Below, piece by piece: positions 20,961 to 31,764 of a stretch of DNA of 64,000 nucleotides (positions within the stretch are counted from its first letter, which is position 1; every line of letters starts with the position of its first letter). The position numbers and the translations under genes were made by a program. Below the pieces are notes generated by a model. That model was given only the letters and a program-made list of their open reading frames with translations, was not told where the DNA came from and made no database searches. This DNA comes from an uncultured Bacteroides sp. (lineage in GTDB: Bacteria; Bacteroidota; Bacteroidia; Bacteroidales; JACABE01): NCBI GenBank assembly GCA_964422385.1, contig CAYRBL010000001.1, positions 19,999-83,998 on the forward strand. The letters run 5' to 3'.

Positions 20961-22092
20961 GAACACTTTCTCTGGCGGGCTTAACTACGATCTTAACCCA
21001 ATCACAACTCCAAATAGCGTGCTTACTGAATGTATAAACGGGACTTTTATTACATTCAATGGAGATGAACTAGCACTGCAAAATGATGCTGGTAATACAA
21101 AAATACTAGTTCCGGGAACAGAACTTGATCCAAAATATGTGGAATTATCAGAAGGATTTTATCCCATTGGAGTAAAAGAATATGGTGGTGTATTATATAT
21201 TGTTTCTGGAAAACAAGGAACTAATCCAGATGGGAGTGATGACCTAATAGAATTTGGAAGTTATCCAAGTCCTGAAATATTAGATGAAGAAAACCAGGGT
21301 TCTGGTAATTCATATTCTTTTTCAAATCCTTCAACTACAACAATGTATACACCAAACGTAATAAGTTCGTATGATTTTAAGCCCGGAAATTCTATAGTTT
21401 TTAGTAAACCAATTTTATCCCCAGACAATACGGATACATCAAATATAACATATTATAGAAAAGGTACTTATACTGATTATCAGAAAAAGATATATGTTGT
21501 GAAGTTATATTTACAATTATCGAATGGATATATTGACTTAACTGATGATGTTTGGAAAAGATATGCTGATTATTATACAATTAATGTAGGAGATTTAAAT
21601 CAATCCTCTGGAATGAATTTTTGATTTAATGATTCTAATTTTAAATATTATTGTAATACAAACTATAAAGGAAAACTACTAATCTCAGTAGAGTTAGAAG
21701 ATTTAAATACTTTTGAGTTAAGTAGTTATACGGTAGGATTTAATCCTGCTGGAGATAGTTTTAGATTTATATTTAAGATAAAATTTATAAATGGAACTAC
21801 TTGAACAATTAATAAAATTAAAACAATTTATACTATAGGAAGTGATACTCCAATAAATACTGAACAAACTATAAATGGAGAAATAATAAATATTACTTAC
21901 GATATTCCTTTAAATATGGCAGGTGAGCCTTTTACATTTAACTTTATTCCAAAGTTTGTATATTCTTCTGATGATGTTACTAATTTATTACCAGCGAATT
22001 ATTTAGTTAAGTATACTATTTCTGGAATTCAAGAGTTACGGAATAGTTCAGAGTATTCTTATTCTGACTATATAATGCAAGATTATAATTAA
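20944..22092 (+). CDS. tail-module structural protein (382 aa with TGA=Trp)
   Basis: Track ORF 20944-21624 continues in phase through TGA 21622 and one more TGA to TAA 22090-22092. Confidence 0.65.
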
Positions 22093-22112
22093 TAATTTAA
22101 TAAATAACAAAT

Positions 22113-22757
22113 ATGTCAACAGCAATAGACACAATAAAATCAGCAATATCTACCATTATTACAAATGGTGGTAATTTAATAACAAAAAGTACACATACTG
22201 AGGCAAATAGTGCAATGATAGATGCATTATATTATCAAGATTGAGGAATTCCAAAACCGTGGTTTGGGGCAACTGCTCCAGCGAATCATAAATTATGTGA
22301 TGGAACAGCAGTATTAATTGAAGATTGTAACCCTGCATTTGTAACAGCAATGCATGATGCAGGATTTGATACAGGTGGTATAAGTATAACATTGCCATAT
22401 ATATATCCTGGAGATTCATTAATACAAGCAGGTGGGGCATATGTATTAAATGTTAGAGGTGGGGAATCAACTCATACTTTATCTGTAGCTGAAATGGCTG
22501 CGCATAAACATTATATATTTGCCAATCATAATGGAACAACATTAACCTCTGTAATAAATTGATCAGAAAAATCAGTAGCCGTAGAAAGTACATCACCTAA
22601 TTCATCAGATTATCCTAAGTATAATATGCAATCTGGTTATGACGGATCAATTAGTCCAGATGCTACTATGGGAGTAACATCGTCTATTGGTTCTGGAACA
22701 CCTCATAATAATATGCCTCCATACTATCCTATTAATTATATTATAAGATACGCATAA
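22113..22757 (+). CDS. phage tail-collar-domain protein (214 aa with TGA=Trp)
   Basis: ATG 22113, same phase as track ORF 22350-22562, two in-frame TGA. Collar-domain signature GGESTHTLSVAEMAAHKH ... GSGTPHNNMPPYYPINYII. Confidence 0.75.
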
Positions 22758-25700
22758 TGCCATTACCAACTATAAATATATCAGTAGAAAATTCAATGTC
22801 TGGACTTGCTGATTCTGGAACTTTGTTATTTAAGTATAATCCATTTCATAATTTAATAAATACAGAATCAGGAGTTTCATCATTGACAGATCTACAACTA
22901 AGTACCACAAATGCTGAACTTAGTATAAATAAGCCTATAGAAATTAATACAGAGGTATCATTTGATAATTCAGTAAACTTAATTGTTTCTGATGGAGCTC
23001 ATCCACCAAAAATAATTAATTCTAGGTTCTATTTAAAAGATTCTACAACATATGCTGTATCAGATAGGCGTGGTAATTTAGATACAAATATTTATTCTAA
23101 AGAAAATTTTAAATCAGAAGCATCATTAATAAAATCTGTTAAAAATGTAATCACACTTGATTTTTTAGGAATCAAAGATGGAGGGACATTGAAAGTAGGA
23201 AACTACACATTTTATTTTAAGTTGGCAGATTATGATGGAAATGAATCAGACTTTATTTCAGAGTCTGGAAAAGTAGTTTGCCATATAGGTTCTATAAATG
23301 TTCCATCCTCAATTAGAGGTGGGCAATTAGACGAAGATAGTGGTAAACTTATAAAATTTAGATTAAATAATTTAGACTTAGCATTTAATTATATAAATAT
23401 TTATTACACAAGATCTAGTGGAGATGGTAATTCTGAGATTGTAAAAAGTTATCAAATTACAGATAAATTTAAAATTACAAATAATAGTACAGAAATATCT
23501 ATTACAGGATATGAAAATATTCAAGAAATATCTTTAGATGATATTAATGTTAAATACACTAATTTTAATTCTGTAGAAACATTATCAAATTGTCAAAATA
23601 TAACTTTTGCTGGAAATATAACTAACAATTATGAAGTATTTAAAACTTTAGAAAAATATAGTTTATTAGTTTATCCAACTGCAATATTAGATAAAGATGG
23701 TATTGGATTACTAGATGAAAGTTATATTGAGACATACCCTTCACAACAAAATGGATATGAGTATTATAATGTAAATAATATTTACTATAAATTAGGATAT
23801 TGAGATGAAGAAATATATAGATTAGGTATAGTTTACATTCTAAATGATTACACTTTGTCTCCAGTATTTAATATTCGAGGAAAACAAATAATTGGAGTAA
23901 ATACCCCATTCGGTGAACCTATTGACGATTTATCTAAAGATATCAACTATGAAGATAATTATACAATCGAACATAATTTAACACCTATTCCAGAAAATGC
24001 TAAAGGTGTATTTAAACTTGATTTAGAAGCAAACTTAGATTCTAAAACTTTTGATGGGGCAAATCCAATTAAGCCTATTGGTATAAAAATCAATTTTGCA
24101 AATTATGGAGATGTTGACGTTATTAATGGTTACGCTGCAAATCTAGGTTTAAAAGATTTAACTAAAGGCTTTTTCATTGTTAGGCAAAAAAGAATACCTA
24201 CTATTTTAGCACAAGGGGTTGGGATTGCTACATCAAAAAAATGTGGAATACCAACATTAAACACTGTAGACAGAATATCATTGTTATCTGGTTATTATGG
24301 CCAATCCTTTTTAAAACTTGTCGATTTAAAACCAAAATTAGGTACAAGTGGATTTACATTTACAGAGGTATATAATAATGCTTTATTATGCCCAGAGGCT
24401 TCAGTTAAAAGAACTTTATATAATTCTTTTTTCAATTCATCTGAATTTGTTTTAAAAGAAACTAAATTTGTACCTTTAGATACTGTATTTATAAATAAAT
24501 ATGCTAATTACCAAAACTTTGCATTAGATAGACTTACTCAGAACATTCCATTAGCAGCAACTACTACTACTAATTTGACATTGATTGAGCCAGGTATTGA
24601 GTTAATCAAAAATGGAAATTATTCGTTTAGTTCTCAAGCAGGAAGTCAAATTGAAGTTTATAAATATCTTGATCCTAAATGAGGACAATACGAAAATTTA
24701 ACTGAAGGAATATCTGAGGATAATATAAATAACACCACAACTAAAGTTAGAGGATATTTTAATACTTATATTGCTACAGAATCAAATGCAATTAAAAGTG
24801 CATATTATTATAATATTTTTCAAAAAGGATATTCATTTGATACATTATGGCAAGATTATTTTAAATTAAGATATAATGACTCTTCTCCATATTATCCTAT
24901 CAGTGATAGAATAGAATGGGGAAATGTATCTAATAGTTCTGTAAGTAATATTTTTAGAGGAGATTGTTATATTAATACAGTGTCTCAAAGAATGAATTGG
25001 AATTTCATAGATTCTGATTTACCAACAAATAAAACTATAGTAGACCCTTGGACTTGGTATAAAAATTTTAGAGTTAAAGATAAGGCTTCTACAGTTGTTA
25101 ACAATGATGGCACAACAACTACAACTTTAACATATAATAAATTATTAGATTTATTTACTTATAAAGACGTAATGGTTCCTGATTTTTCAGGACAAGGTAC
25201 TGAAGGAGAGCCTTCTGTACATACTGTTTTAGAATCTGATAATAATAAATTTAAAAAATATTCTGAAATTAATGGTTTGTTTGGCGCTCAGAAGATAAAT
25301 AAACCTGACGTAAATGCAGTGCCACTTGGTTATTGAGTAACAGTTAAAATTTGTAGTAATACTAATTTAGCTATGAGAGATGTTGATTTCTCTAATCCAA
25401 TGGAGGAAGCAGTTCATAAAAAGAAAAGAGGATTTTATCCTTACCAATCTATAGATATGACAAACCCCTTACCAGAATCTGATGTAATTAATAATGGTAT
25501 TAGTAAGTCTTTAGGTAATAAATATTACTTTGAAGTTCCAGAAGTTCCATTTATTAAGACTAATTTTAGCAATAGAATTTATTATTCAAACATTTTACAA
25601 CCATCATCATTTGCAAATGGTAATAGGATTTTTGAAAGCCAAAATTATCAAGATTATACAATGGAGCATGGTGCTTTAGTTAAATTAGTAGAATGGTATG

Positions 25701-26935
25701 GAACATTGATAGCTATTATGGAACATGGTATTTTAATGATACCTGTAAATGAAAGGGCTATGATGGCTAACGCACAAGGGGAGAATGTTTATATAAACAC
25801 TTCAAATGTGCTCCCAAAAAATCCAAAAATATTATCAAATACTTATGGTTCACTATGGGCAGATTCTATTACAAAAACTCCGAAATACATTTATGGAATT
25901 GACACTGTTGCTAAAAAAATCTGAAGAACTAACGGCCAACAAGTTGAAGTTATATCTGATATGAAAATTCAAAAATTTTTAAACGATAATATTCATCTAA
26001 AAGAATCTGACAAAGATAATTCAGTAGGAATTAATTTTATCAAATCACATTATAATGCATTTAAGCAAGATGTTATATTTGTTTTAAAATATGGAACTAA
26101 AAAATGAAGTTTGTGTTGAAATGAACTTTTAAATAAATGGGTAACCAGTTATACATGATTTCCGGAATTTTCAGAAAATATTAATAATATTTTTTATACC
26201 TTTGCAAATAGAATTGAACACGAAAATAAAGGAAATATACTTTATAAGCATGGTTTCGCTGGATACGATGAAGAGCTTGGAGATATTAAACCTACTACAT
26301 GGTACGATACACAATATCCATTTGAATATGAATTTGTTGTGGCTGATGTGCCAGGAGTACAAAAAATATTTAATAATTTAAAAATCATATCTAATTTGGC
26401 TGAGCCAGATTCATTCTTCTATGAAATAGTTGGAGAAGGGTTTGATTGAAATATTTATAAAAATCTTATAATTACTTTAGGTTCTGCAGCAACAGAGGAT
26501 TTAGCTAAAGCTAATTACAAGGCTTATTTATTAGCAAATCCAAGTATTAAAAAACTTCCATTTATCTGAGTTCGAGATACAACAGATCCATTAAGTACTA
26601 TGTGACCTAATCCTGCAACTCCTATAAAAGATTTAACCTTAAGACAACATAATAAAACTAAAGAGAATTTAGTTGACTTATATCAAAAAGGATTAGATAT
26701 TAGAACAAATGGTAGAATAAAAGGTAATATGCAGTATGTAGAAGATGCATGGGATGTGCAGATTCAGCCTATAGGTTTTAAATACGCCTATATAAAGAAT
26801 CATGATCTTGCGTTTGGAGCTACAACTGAAATGAAAGTTAGGGACAAATATATTAAAATTAGAGTTAAATATGATGGTACACAATACGCAATCATAAATG
26901 CTCTTAGAACATTTTTTACAATAAGCTATGCATAA
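22757..26935 (+). CDS. large tail (hub/nozzle-type) structural protein (1392 aa with TGA=Trp)
   Basis: Merges track ORFs 22757-23803, 23855-24682, 24980-25336, 25373-25924 and 26729-26935, all phase 2. Ten in-frame TGA, no TAA/TAG. Confidence 0.7.
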
Positions 26936-28259
26936 ACTAATTAAAAAATACCAAATGCCTGATGGGCAACTAAGTTTTGCCGACTCAGTCAATTATGATT
27001 TTAGTAAAAGATTGGGCTATGGTATTACACAGGGTATAAAAGATAGTCAGAAAAGAATGGATGCTATGGTTAAACAAAGTCAACAATCATTACTTGGTAT
27101 GGGCATAGTTCCTAAATCTTTTTCTAAAGTTGATTACGACCCAAAATCATTTAACCCACTTAAAAGTCAGGGTTCCGGTTCTACCGGAATCGCTGGCCAA
27201 GCGGGTGGTGCAGGGGCAGCATTTGGAGCTGTTGGCTTAGATTTATTAGGTCAAGCACCACAGTTATTAGATACTGGAATTCAAGCCTTTGGGGGCAAGA
27301 AGGCCGATAACATATCAGGAGAAGAAGGTGCTGTTATGGGTTTAATGGATACGGCATCTGGTGCATTATTAAAATCAGGAAATCCTTGAGCAATGGGAGC
27401 AGGTGCTTTATTGACGGGATTAACTGCTTTAAATAAATATGCTGGGACTACAGCTAAAGAACAAGGGACTAAAGGATTAGATACTGGTGGTTATGCATTT
27501 CAATTAAATGCTAATGCTGGTAAGAAACAAACTTTATTAGGTACTTGGGGTGGTAAAACAAAAGCCGCTGATAATTTAACTGTACAACAAGATAGACAGA
27601 ATTTATTAGCCGGTAATACAAGTTACCAAAATAAACAAAATTTATTATCTGCCCAAAATACATTTGGAGATATTGCTACACGTAATAGACAGAAAGTATT
27701 AGGTGGAGTTGACACAAATATCTTAGCCGCATCTCAAGGTGCAGTTCTTGATAAAGACCATATTAAATTAATTAAAGCTAAGGCTAAAAAGCCTATTAAA
27801 GATTTGGAAATTAAACCAACAAAAGTAGAATCTCCTAAAGAAGAAACTTTAAAACCAGAAATTAAATCTAGAGACTTAAGTAAATTCTCTATTTTAAATG
27901 ATAATAAAGTCAGTAAATTCCAAGAAGGTGGACAGTTAAATGTTATTCCTGATGGGGCCTTACATGCAAGAAAACATACTCTTCCAGAAGATATTTCGGA
28001 ACAAGTTACTGATAAAGGAATTCCTGTAGTAACATATGATGAAGGTGGCGAGATAACTCAGCATGCAGAAATCGAAAAGAATGAAATTATCTTTAATAAA
28101 GAAACTACAACAACACTAGAAGAATTATTTAAACAATATAATGAAACTGAATCTGAAGAAGAGAAAGCTTTATTAGCCATCGAAGCAGGTAAATTTTTAA
28201 CCTCCGAAATATTGGAGAATACAGATGATAGAACAGGACTATTAAACGAAGTAGAATAA
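26928..28259 (+). CDS. Gly/Ala-rich putative internal/ejection protein (443 aa with TGA=Trp)
   Basis: Merges 26928-27389 and 27393-28259 (phase 0) through TGA 27387. The TGA lies inside a continuous Gly/Ala hydrophobic segment (SGALLKSGNP-W-AMGAGALLTGLTAL). Confidence 0.65.
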
Positions 28260-28525
28260 TGGCAACACTAATACCGAAATTAAAAGAAGGAGTTGAGTCT
28301 AATAAAAAAGGTGGTAAATCTAAAAAACATTGGATTCAAAAAGCAGTAAACCCAAAACATAAAGGATATTGTACACCAATGACTAAAGCAACATGTACTC
28401 CTAAAAGAAAAGCTTTAGCTAAAACATTTAAGAAACATCATGGTTTCCATAAGAAACATGAACAAGGCGGCTCAATAGATTTTTTAATGCCATTAATTAC
28501 TGAATATAAATCAAATAACAAATAA
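28259..28525 (+). CDS. small very basic K/H-rich protein (88 aa)
   Basis: Track ORF with TAATG overlaps at both ends. Confidence 0.55.
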   Translation: MATLIPKLKEGVESNKKGGKSKKHWIQKAVNPKHKGYCTPMTKATCTPKRKALAKTFKKHHGFHKKHEQGGSIDFLMPLITEYKSNNK

Positions 28526-28929
28526 TGATTAAGACGATAATTAAGTCGGTACATAAAGAAGCACAGCGTTATGAAACTTTAGGTGATTATTATTTTGAAG
28601 ATGGAGTAAGAGTTTTTTCAATAACCAAAACTGGTAATGCTTTATATGACGATTTACTTTTTATCCATGAGTTTATTGAAGAGGTTCTTACTCGTAATCA
28701 AGGAATTACTGAAGAAGAAATTTTAAAGTATGATTTAGAATTTGAAGAAAAAATAAAACGAGGTGAGGTTGATGCTAATGCTGAACCAGGTGAGCAAGAA
28801 GATTCTCCATACAAAGTACAACACAGCGTTGCTGAAAGTATTGAGAGAATAATGTTAAATCACTTAGGCCAAGATTTCAGAATATATAATGAAACAATAA
28901 TGAAAATATTTAACGATGCCAACAATTAA
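28525..28929 (+). CDS. small acidic hypothetical protein (134 aa)
   Basis: Track ORF, TAA stop. Overlaps the next gene by 14 nt. Confidence 0.55.
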   Translation: MIKTIIKSVHKEAQRYETLGDYYFEDGVRVFSITKTGNALYDDLLFIHEFIEEVLTRNQGITEEEILKYDLEFEEKIKRGEVDANAEPGEQEDSPYKVQHSVAESIERIMLNHLGQDFRIYNETIMKIFNDANN

Positions 28930-30208
28930 AGATATACCACAAGAGTTGATAGCCAACTTAAAAGACAAAGTAGCCATAGTATATGATAATGGGCTCTTTA
29001 TTGAATTTGCTAAAACAATTAGTAAGTCATTTAAGAAAGTTTATTATTATATGCCTTGGAAAAATGGATTCCCAAAATCAAACCAGTATATTGTTGGTGA
29101 AGGTATTGAAGGAATAGAAAGAATACATGATTTCTTTAATTATATAGATAAAGCAGATATATTTATCTTTCCTGATGTATATGATGGAGATTTACAATTA
29201 TACTTAGAGCGGCAAGGTAAACTTGTTTGAGGAAGTCGTAGAGGAGAAGAATTGGAACTACAAAGAGTTGCGATGAATGAGCATATGAAAAAGCTTGGTT
29301 TATATGTAACTCCATATAAAGTAATTGTAGGTATAGAATCTCTTAGGGAATATTTAAAAGCACATGATAATGTGTATGTTAAATGTTCAATCTTAAGAGG
29401 GGACTTTGAAACATTCCACGCTTTAAACTATAGATTCGCTGAACCTAAGCTTGATGAAATTGAGTATAAATTAGGAGCAATGAAACATATAAAAGAGTTT
29501 ATTGTAGAAGAAGCTTATGATGAAGCAGTTGAAACGGGATGTGACTTATACACAGTAGATGGTAAATATCCAACCGCAACACTTGCAGGGATCGAAGTTA
29601 AGGATTTAGGTTATATTGGTAAGATTAACAAATATGAAAATCTTTCTCCTAAAGTAACAGACTTTAATACTAAGATGGCAGAAACCTTAGAGGGTTATGG
29701 ATATAGAGGTTTCTTCAGTACAGAGGTTAGAGTAAGTAAAACTAAACCACCATATATGTTAGACTTTTGTGCAAGATTAGGCTCTCCACCTAATGAGTTA
29801 TACCAAATGATGTATAAGAATCTTGCAGAAATTATATGGTATGGAAGTCAGGGATATTTAATTGACCCAGTTTATGAGCACAAGTATGGAGTAGAAGTTT
29901 TTATTCACTCTAGTTGGGCTGACCAAAATTGGCAAGAAATTGAGTTCCCTAAAAAATATAGAGATAATATCAAACTAAGAAATGCCTGTAAAATTAATGA
30001 TAAATATTATGCTGTTCCACAAACAGTAGGTTTACCAGAAGTTGGAGCAATTGTAGCTGAGGGAGATAATATCAAAGAAGTAATAGAAAAAGTTAAAGAG
30101 ATTGCTGATACAATACAAGGATATTACTTAGAAATTAAATTAGATGCCATTGATACAGCTATGGAGCAATTTAAAAAACTAGAAGAATTTGGAGTAAAAA
30201 TATTATAA
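28916..30208 (+). CDS. ATP-grasp fold enzyme, PurD (glycinamide ribonucleotide synthetase)-like (430 aa with TGA=Trp)
   Basis: Merges 28916-29230 and 29252-30208 (phase 2) through TGA 29228. GKLV-W-GSRRGEELELQRVAMNEHMKKLGL parallels the PurD G.pvFGPs..aa.lE.SK.faK.fm...gI segment. GFFSTEVRV...PYMLDFCARLGSPPNE parallels vIEfNcRfGDPEtq. Confidence 0.6.
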
Positions 30209-30209
30209 T

Positions 30210-30788
30210 ATGAAAGAAGCGAATATCAGTATAGGCTCTAAAAAATATACAGTGACCCTTGCGGAAACTGATGAAGAAAGAGAACAAGGTTTACAAGGAA
30301 TGACAGAACTTCCGGAAGATGAAGGGATGTTATTTATTCTTGAGGAGCCTGTAGAAATCTCTTTCTGAATGAAAGATACTTTAATTCCTTTAGATATCAT
30401 TTTTATAGATGAAGAGATGACTGTTATTGCAGTCCATCAAGGAGTTCCGGATTCAGAGGAATATATTACAGAAGATAATACAGCTTTTGTATTAGAGGTA
30501 AACGAAGGTTCTGGGATTGAGCCTGGGGATGAACTAGAGTTCGAGCCAGAAGAAGAGATAAATAAAAGTAAAATGCATGTGTTAGATGCTGATGGAAATC
30601 CGCAGATGGAGTTAGAGGGTGGTGAGAGAATCTTTAGTAGAGCTCACACTAAGACTTTAATTAAGTTTGCAAAGAAAGCAGCAGCCACACAGAATGATAA
30701 TGATTATAAAGCATTAGGAAAACGAGTGTTTAAATTTCTACAGGTTCAATCAGAAACAGAAGCTGAATACGTAAAAAGTAAAAAATAA
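30210..30788 (+). CDS. DUF192 (COG1430) family protein (192 aa with TGA=Trp)
   Basis: ATG 30210, same phase as track ORF 30369-30788. Motif ERE.GL.G...LPEDEGMLF......ISF-W-MKDTLIPLDIIFID, with the family-conserved Trp encoded by TGA 30366-30368. Confidence 0.7.
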
Positions 30789-30789
30789 G

Positions 30790-31398
30790 ATGGATGGGAT
30801 TATTTATAAGTACACTAGCCCAAGTGGTAAATGTTATATCGGGCAAACAGTTCAAGGGGATTTAAGAAAACAACAACATAGATATAATGCTTTTAATGAA
30901 AACTATATAGGTTATAAATTGCCTTTTTATTGTGCAATAAGAAAATATGGATTTGATTCTTTTCAGTATGAAGTATTAAATACAATAATAGAAGCTACTG
31001 AGGAACTATTAGCTAATAGACTGAATGAGTTAGAAATATATTATATAGGTGTCTATGATTCATTTAATAATGGTTATAATGCTTCAGTTGGAGGTTTAGG
31101 TTTATCTAGTAAAAATCATCCTTCAAATAAAAAGGTAGCACAATATACACTAGAAGGAGAATTTTTAAGGACTTTTGATAGTGCCGCTTCTGCTGCTAGA
31201 AATATTGGTTTAAAAAGTCCTTCTGTAATACAGAAATGTTGTAATTATAAATATAAATCTTCTGGAGGATTTCAATGAAGATTTGCATATACAGATTTTC
31301 CAGAAGAATTACCTCCTATAAAACGTACAGGAAACAATACCTTTAAAAATGTAATGACAGATGAAAATGAATTTCAAAATGTAAAATCTAAAAATTAA
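30790..31398 (+). CDS. GIY-YIG homing endonuclease, free-standing (202 aa with TGA=Trp)
   Basis: GIIYKYTSPSGKCYIGQT...R..H...YNASVGG core and HTH repeat TFDSAASAARNIGLKSPSVIQKCC. Continues through TGA 31276 to TAA 31396-31398. N-terminus is paralogous to the HEG at 17665. Confidence 0.8.
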
Positions 31399-31406
31399 TT
31401 AACAAA

Positions 31407-31691
31407 ATGAAAGTATTAAAATTTCAACAAGGTGGACCAGCACATGAAGCTGGTGGCGCACCTGCAGGTGCAGAACAACCACAAGGTGGAGCACAAGGTG
31501 GAGGTGGAGCAGAGCAACAAATCCAACAAATGGCACAACAGATTATTCAACAACTAGGACCAGAAGCGTCTGCAATGTTGGCACAGATGATTATGCAAAT
31601 GTTACAAGGTGCTCAACAACAAGGACAACCACAAGGACAACCAGTAATGCAACGTCAAGGTGGTAAACTAGTAATGGTGGGCAGACGATAG
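31407..31691 (+). CDS. small Gln/Gly/Ala-rich low-complexity protein (94 aa)
   Basis: Track ORF, TAG stop. N-terminal KFQQGG motif. Followed by a terminator. Confidence 0.55.
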   Translation: MKVLKFQQGGPAHEAGGAPAGAEQPQGGAQGGGGAEQQIQQMAQQIIQQLGPEASAMLAQMIMQMLQGAQQQGQPQGQPVMQRQGGKLVMVGRR

Positions 31692-31703
31692 CCAACCTCT
31701 AAA

Positions 31704-31733
31704 GGGAAGCAGAAACGACTGTCTTCCCTTTTT
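31704..31733 (+). terminator. rho-independent terminator
   Basis: GGGAAGCAG ... CTGTCTTCCC stem (9 bp with one bulged nt), then TTTTT at 31729-31733. Confidence 0.65.
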
Positions 31734-31764
31734 AAGTTTGATAATACACAATTAAATATATAAT

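Noticed and set aside
17665-31398. The GIY-YIG genes being intron- or intein-encoded, with split host genes
   Set aside because: Flanking CDSs have their own starts and TAA stops abutting the HEGs. No interrupted conserved domain is visible on either side, and there is no room for group I intron structure, since the gaps are 0-8 nt.
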